From Callorhinchus milii (taxonomy: Eukaryota): DNA of 64,000 nt. Under the pieces are notes generated by a model that saw nothing but the letters and a program-made list of their open reading frames with translations, was not told the DNA's origin and searched no databases. The stretch lies in the NCBI RefSeq assembly GCF_018977255.1, contig NW_024704764.1, positions 7,688,001 to 7,752,000 of the forward strand, read 5' to 3'. The position numbers were made by a program, and so were the translations under genes. Below, piece after piece: positions 62,093-64,000 of this stretch. Position 1 is the first letter of the stretch; the number at the start of each line of letters is the position of its first letter.

Positions 62093-63079
62093 AATCTACC
62101 TTCAGATTTACTAATGGTTTCTTTCCTCCTCCTGAATACAATTCGGCATTTCTGTTTACATTTAAGGGGATTCAGAAATCATCCAGATCCCTTGGATAGA
62201 TCCAGCCTGAACCTGACATAGTTTGTGTGTTATTCTGCCAGTTTTTGCCTGCCAGGCATGCCTAATTCTTGCTGTGTATTCTCTATATGCACAAAGAATA
62301 AATATCCCATCTCTTCTCATTTGCGTCTGTTTTGCAAGTTCAGAATGCGGAAGACTGCAGTTCAGCCTGCAGTGCTTACGTAAGTGAACTCTAGAATTGG
62401 ATTCTTTGAGCTTTTTCATTGTTGAAATTCTGTGCACACTGTACAGTAATTAGTGTCTTTGTTTGAGACATGTAGCTAAAATTCTGTGCAGGTTTGAAAC
62501 CTATTGTGGGTGGATAAGATGTCATTTCAAAGCAACATAGCTGAAATCTTGGAAGCATGCCTTGGGATTTCCCTTAAACTCAGCGTTGCAATTATATATC
62601 AGAGGAGCATACTGATTCTTGGATTCACCTCTTGTATGAATAGTTGTAGGTTGAATATGAGATTACCTGCATGTACTATAACTTTGCCAGAGACCAATTT
62701 TCTAATTTTAATACAGAACTTGTTTGTTTTCCCAAACAAGGACACCATGGCTGAATGTAGTATGAGAATTTTTAGTGGTGTTGGACCCACCTTATGTCAT
62801 AATGTAACCCACCTTTTGTAATTGTAATATTAAAGCAATTTATATCTCTCGTATCTAAAAATTGTGCCATTTTTCTACTGTACCTGTTTTTTGAGGTACA
62901 GTTTGTGGGCAACTTAGCGTGTGTCACCATTGTTAAGTTGAGAGAAATAGTCAAGACCTTTCCCTCCAGGTTAAAGTTAATGACAGTTATTTGCCTACAA
63001 ACTTATAATGGTAAAATGTCCATTGTAGCACTGTGACGTCTCCATGATTGGGGATTGGAACATTCCTACAGGATTCCCT

Positions 63080-63275
63080 TTCTGGATTGTTGTCCTGGTG
63101 GAACAAGCACGTGTGTTGATGTCAAATAAGGACAGGGGCGAGTTCAGCTGTGATGCTACCCATTGTCGAAGAACTTGCTGACAGCTAGTATCTTGGCTCA
63201 TGTGAACAATGACCTCTTAGACGAAGTATTGGAAGGATGCCGACATCTGTGGAACCATATTGCAGCATAAATAAC
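63080..63275 (+). mobile_element. LF-SINE-like ancient SINE fragment
   Basis: gcacgtgtgttgatgtcaaataaggacagg...cagctgtgatgc...gtggaaccatattgcagcat is colinear with the remembered LF-SINE 3' half. Confidence 0.6.
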
Positions 63276-64000
63276 TGGAAGGGTGGGGAAAGTTGCACTG
63301 TTGCTAAGATCCCACTTCATTATTACTGCTACCATTAACCTTCTGTTTGGCTAAAGCTGTTTGGTTAAGTATCATAGAAATGGCACAGATAAAATAATTT
63401 TCCAGACCACCTTGTTTTTATGAGCACTGGTCGCAATTTTGAGTCAGACTATATTAATTCAATGGTAACCGAGAAGACGGTTATGAGGTGAAAGACATTT
63501 GGGGAAGGAATTGTATGGAGTATGGGCAAAGTGGACGAAAGCTCTCTCAAGGATGCTGGAGTAGAAGGAGCAGGCCATGCATAGCAGAAGTACGGTAGAG
63601 CCAAAGGATTCCAGTTGCATTCTCTCTCCCTTAGGTGTTGGCATGTGCGTGGTTAAATCTTTTATTTGGACGCAGTGTAAATGTTGACAAGCTACTGAAA
63701 TTTATTGGACTTGCACGGGCGTATTTTAACGGTAATCCAGGAGACTTGACTTTCATTTATAGTAGCAAAAATGTAGAATATTGCGGTATTCTTGCATTGT
63801 AGCAATAAATTAATAATTAAGCTTTAATTAGCCTAATTTACTAAATGCAGATAGCTCATTTCCAGCTTTGGGGGCAATGTGTAGCCGTCGCCCACACCAA
63901 GGCTTTAGCAGCAGCTGCAGCGGATAAATATACTTTATTTAGTGATAAATTATTGAACTGAAAGGGTCGCCTGTCTCATTGTGAGCCCTTTGACGTCAGA

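Overview
Vertebrate nuclear DNA, most likely a cartilaginous fish and probably a chimaera, judged from the tRNA-Ala/CORE-like/Deu SINEs, L2 LINEs and LF-SINE-like relics. The window holds the 5' part of a class IIa histone deacetylase gene on the + strand, best matching HDAC5. A CpG-island promoter and non-coding exon 1 lie at ~9.8-10.4 kb. Exon 2 (26262-26463) carries the start MSSPDNT, and the 72-nt exon 3 (46954-47025) encodes DGVSGREQPLELLTRSRIHTMPTS. A probable internal promoter at ~46.3-46.4 kb gives an alternative N-terminus (MLLKPKVPGLKKMLQTIYETESCFSS-DG...). I could not find exon 4, so it probably lies beyond the window. The rest is intron or intergenic DNA with many SINE, L2 and CR1 fragments and a decayed hAT transposase. 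The best candidate for a system is regulatory: perfect MEF2 sites at both promoters, including a cluster multiplied by local duplication and a MEF2/TATA composite ~30 bp upstream of an Inr. This points to MEF2-HDAC5 negative feedback, and both start codons are also overlapped by out-of-frame uORFs. I found no CRISPR arrays, real RNA genes or prokaryote-type systems. Gene and repeat-family names come from remembered sequences, not database searches, and repeat boundaries are approximate.
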